DNA of 25,871 nt from a virus (Duplodnaviria; Caudoviricetes): positions 1 through 25,871 of the IMG/VR virus record IMGVR_UViG_3300005404_000026; one strand, 5' to 3'. The position numbers and the translations under genes were made by a program. How positions within the stretch are numbered: the first letter of the stretch is position 1; every line of letters begins with the position of its first letter. Positions 24,592 to 25,871 of this stretch are shown in pieces. The notes beneath the pieces are model-generated. The model did not search any database and was not told the origin of the DNA. It worked only from the letters and a program-made list of their open reading frames with translations.

Positions 24592-25871
24592 ATGGCATTA
24601 GGTATTTTAGTATTATTATCTGCTTTAAGTATTTCAGCAGTCGCAATTTATTACAGTATAGCCGGTCTCGTAGCAATATTTGCCGCGGCCGCTATACCCA
24701 TTATGGTAATGGGAACTGTATTAGAAGTAGGAAAACTTGTAACCGCGGTTTGGTTACACAAATATTGGTCTAAGGCAACATGGTGGCTGAAGTCATATCT
24801 GAGCATTGCCGTTGTTGTCTTAATGTTTATTACATCAATGGGTATCTTTGGATATCTATCTAAAGCACATATAGAACAAACAAGTGCAAGTTTAGAATCA
24901 GCAGAACAATTAGTACGTATAGAAACTGAAATAACTAGATACGAATCAGTTATAACAAGGTCTGAAGAAAAGATTAGCAAAGTAGAAAATGCTGGTGCTA
25001 ATAAAAACGATACAATCCAAGACCAAATCGATAGAGAACAAAAAAGAATCGATACGGCATATGACAGAATACAGCCTCTTGTAGAAGAACAAAATAAAAT
25101 AATACAACAGGATATTGAACGTAAAGACAAGAAGACAGAACCATACCTTGCTCAAATATCTAATATAGATGCAGACTTACAAACATTATCAGACTTACTT
25201 AACAGACGTGACAAGGAAAGTATAAGACGTTTACAAAGTATTATAGGAACAAGAGTAGATGGAACATATGGTACTAAAACTGCCAAGCAAGTAGAAAGTT
25301 ATAGAGAAGGTTTACTTGCAAAACGTGAAAGTATTTTACAAACTATTGCTACTATAGAAGCAAAAGACTCTCCTATTGTTGAGGCGGCTAACGTAGAAAT
25401 TAAAAGACTTCGTGGTATTGCTGAACAGGAAATAGCTGACTCAAACAAAGTAATTAATAAACTTAGAAGTGAAATAGGAAGTGTAACACCTGACAATAAT
25501 ACTGACATAGTTAATGCAGAACTGCTTAAAATTAAAGAAGCTAATGCAGTTATAGATACACTAACAGAACAAAAATATGATATAGAGGCTGAGTACAGAA
25601 AACTAGAAGCAGAAGTAGGACCAATTAAGTATATTGCAGAATTAATATATGGAGAAGAAGTTACTAGAGATCTACTTGAAGAAGCAGTTCGTTGGGTTAT
25701 TATTCTTATAATATTTGTTTTTGATCCACTAGCAGTATTACTTTTAATTGCTAGTCAATACACCTTCCAGTTTGCTGACAACAGGGGGTTAGCCTGGCGT
25801 GAATATGAACAAGCAAGAGCTAAAAAAATTATGGAAAACTCTCCGCCCTCAAAAGACGAGCCAGAGCCAGA
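24592..25871 (+). CDS. Multi-pass membrane coiled-coil protein with internal peptidoglycan-binding-like motif (3'-truncated; not in ORF track)
   Basis: TAAATA 24565-24570, SD AAGGA; N-terminal TM helices (SAVAIYYSIAGL, LEVGKLV, ITSMGIFGYLSKAH), long heptads, GPIKYIAE...FVFDPLAVLLL; no stop seen to window end. Confidence 0.8.
   Translation, partial: MALGILVLLSALSISAVAIYYSIAGLVAIFAAAAIPIMVMGTVLEVGKLVTAVWLHKYWSKATWWLKSYLSIAVVVLMFITSMGIFGYLSKAHIEQTSASLESAEQLVRIETEITRYESVITRSEEKISKVENAGANKNDTIQDQIDREQKRIDTAYDRIQPLVEEQNKIIQQDIERKDKKTEPYLAQISNIDADLQTLSDLLNRRDKESIRRLQSIIGTRVDGTYGTKTAKQVESYREGLLAKRESILQTIATIEAKDSPIVEAANVEIKRLRGIAEQEIADSNKVINKLRSEIGSVTPDNNTDIVNAELLKIKEANAVIDTLTEQKYDIEAEYRKLEAEVGPIKYIAELIYGEEVTRDLLEEAVRWVIILIIFVFDPLAVLLLIASQYTFQFADNRGLAWREYEQARAKKIMENSPPSKDEPEP

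Noticed and set aside
462-25508. Many minus-strand and nested ORFs in the track (e.g. 906-1238, 3932-4459, 5690-6139, 24651-25130)
   Set aside because: Shadows of well-supported + strand genes, without RBS or recognisable motifs
1-25871. Alternative genetic code or bacterial chromosome origin
   Set aside because: TAA, TAG and TGA all end full-length known genes; metabolic genes are interleaved with virion-type genes and late promoters, favouring a phage

Overview
AT-rich, densely packed, almost entirely + strand segment of a large T4-superfamily-like (myovirus-type) phage genome. The host is probably a marine alphaproteobacterium (inference from the permuted tmRNA type and DUF6356, RT0821-like and SleB-like genes). 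Left part (1-6.5 kb): late head/internal-protein module with a shared N-terminal targeting-like motif and a probable -1 frameshift. Middle: auxiliary metabolic genes (NifU/NfuA, 2OG-Fe(II) oxygenase, compact PEP carboxykinase), a PD-(D/E)XK exonuclease, a beta-helix virion protein, class Ia RNR (nrdA, nrdB) with glutaredoxin, Hc1-like and cold-shock proteins. The standout is a circularly permuted two-piece tmRNA (about 16939-17402) with an unusually long 29-aa tag. Its normally discarded intervening segment carries a complete 55-aa Arg/Lys-rich CxxC ORF whose RBS and stop codon are base-paired into an extension of the acceptor helix. It is followed directly by hemC-hemE. Right part: thermonuclease, wHTH protein, two peptidoglycan hydrolases, three tandem lipoproteins and a membrane coiled-coil protein. 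Two promoter classes are visible (sigma70 TTGACA-N17-TATAAT and late-type TAAATA). All family calls are from motif recognition by eye; no searches were run.
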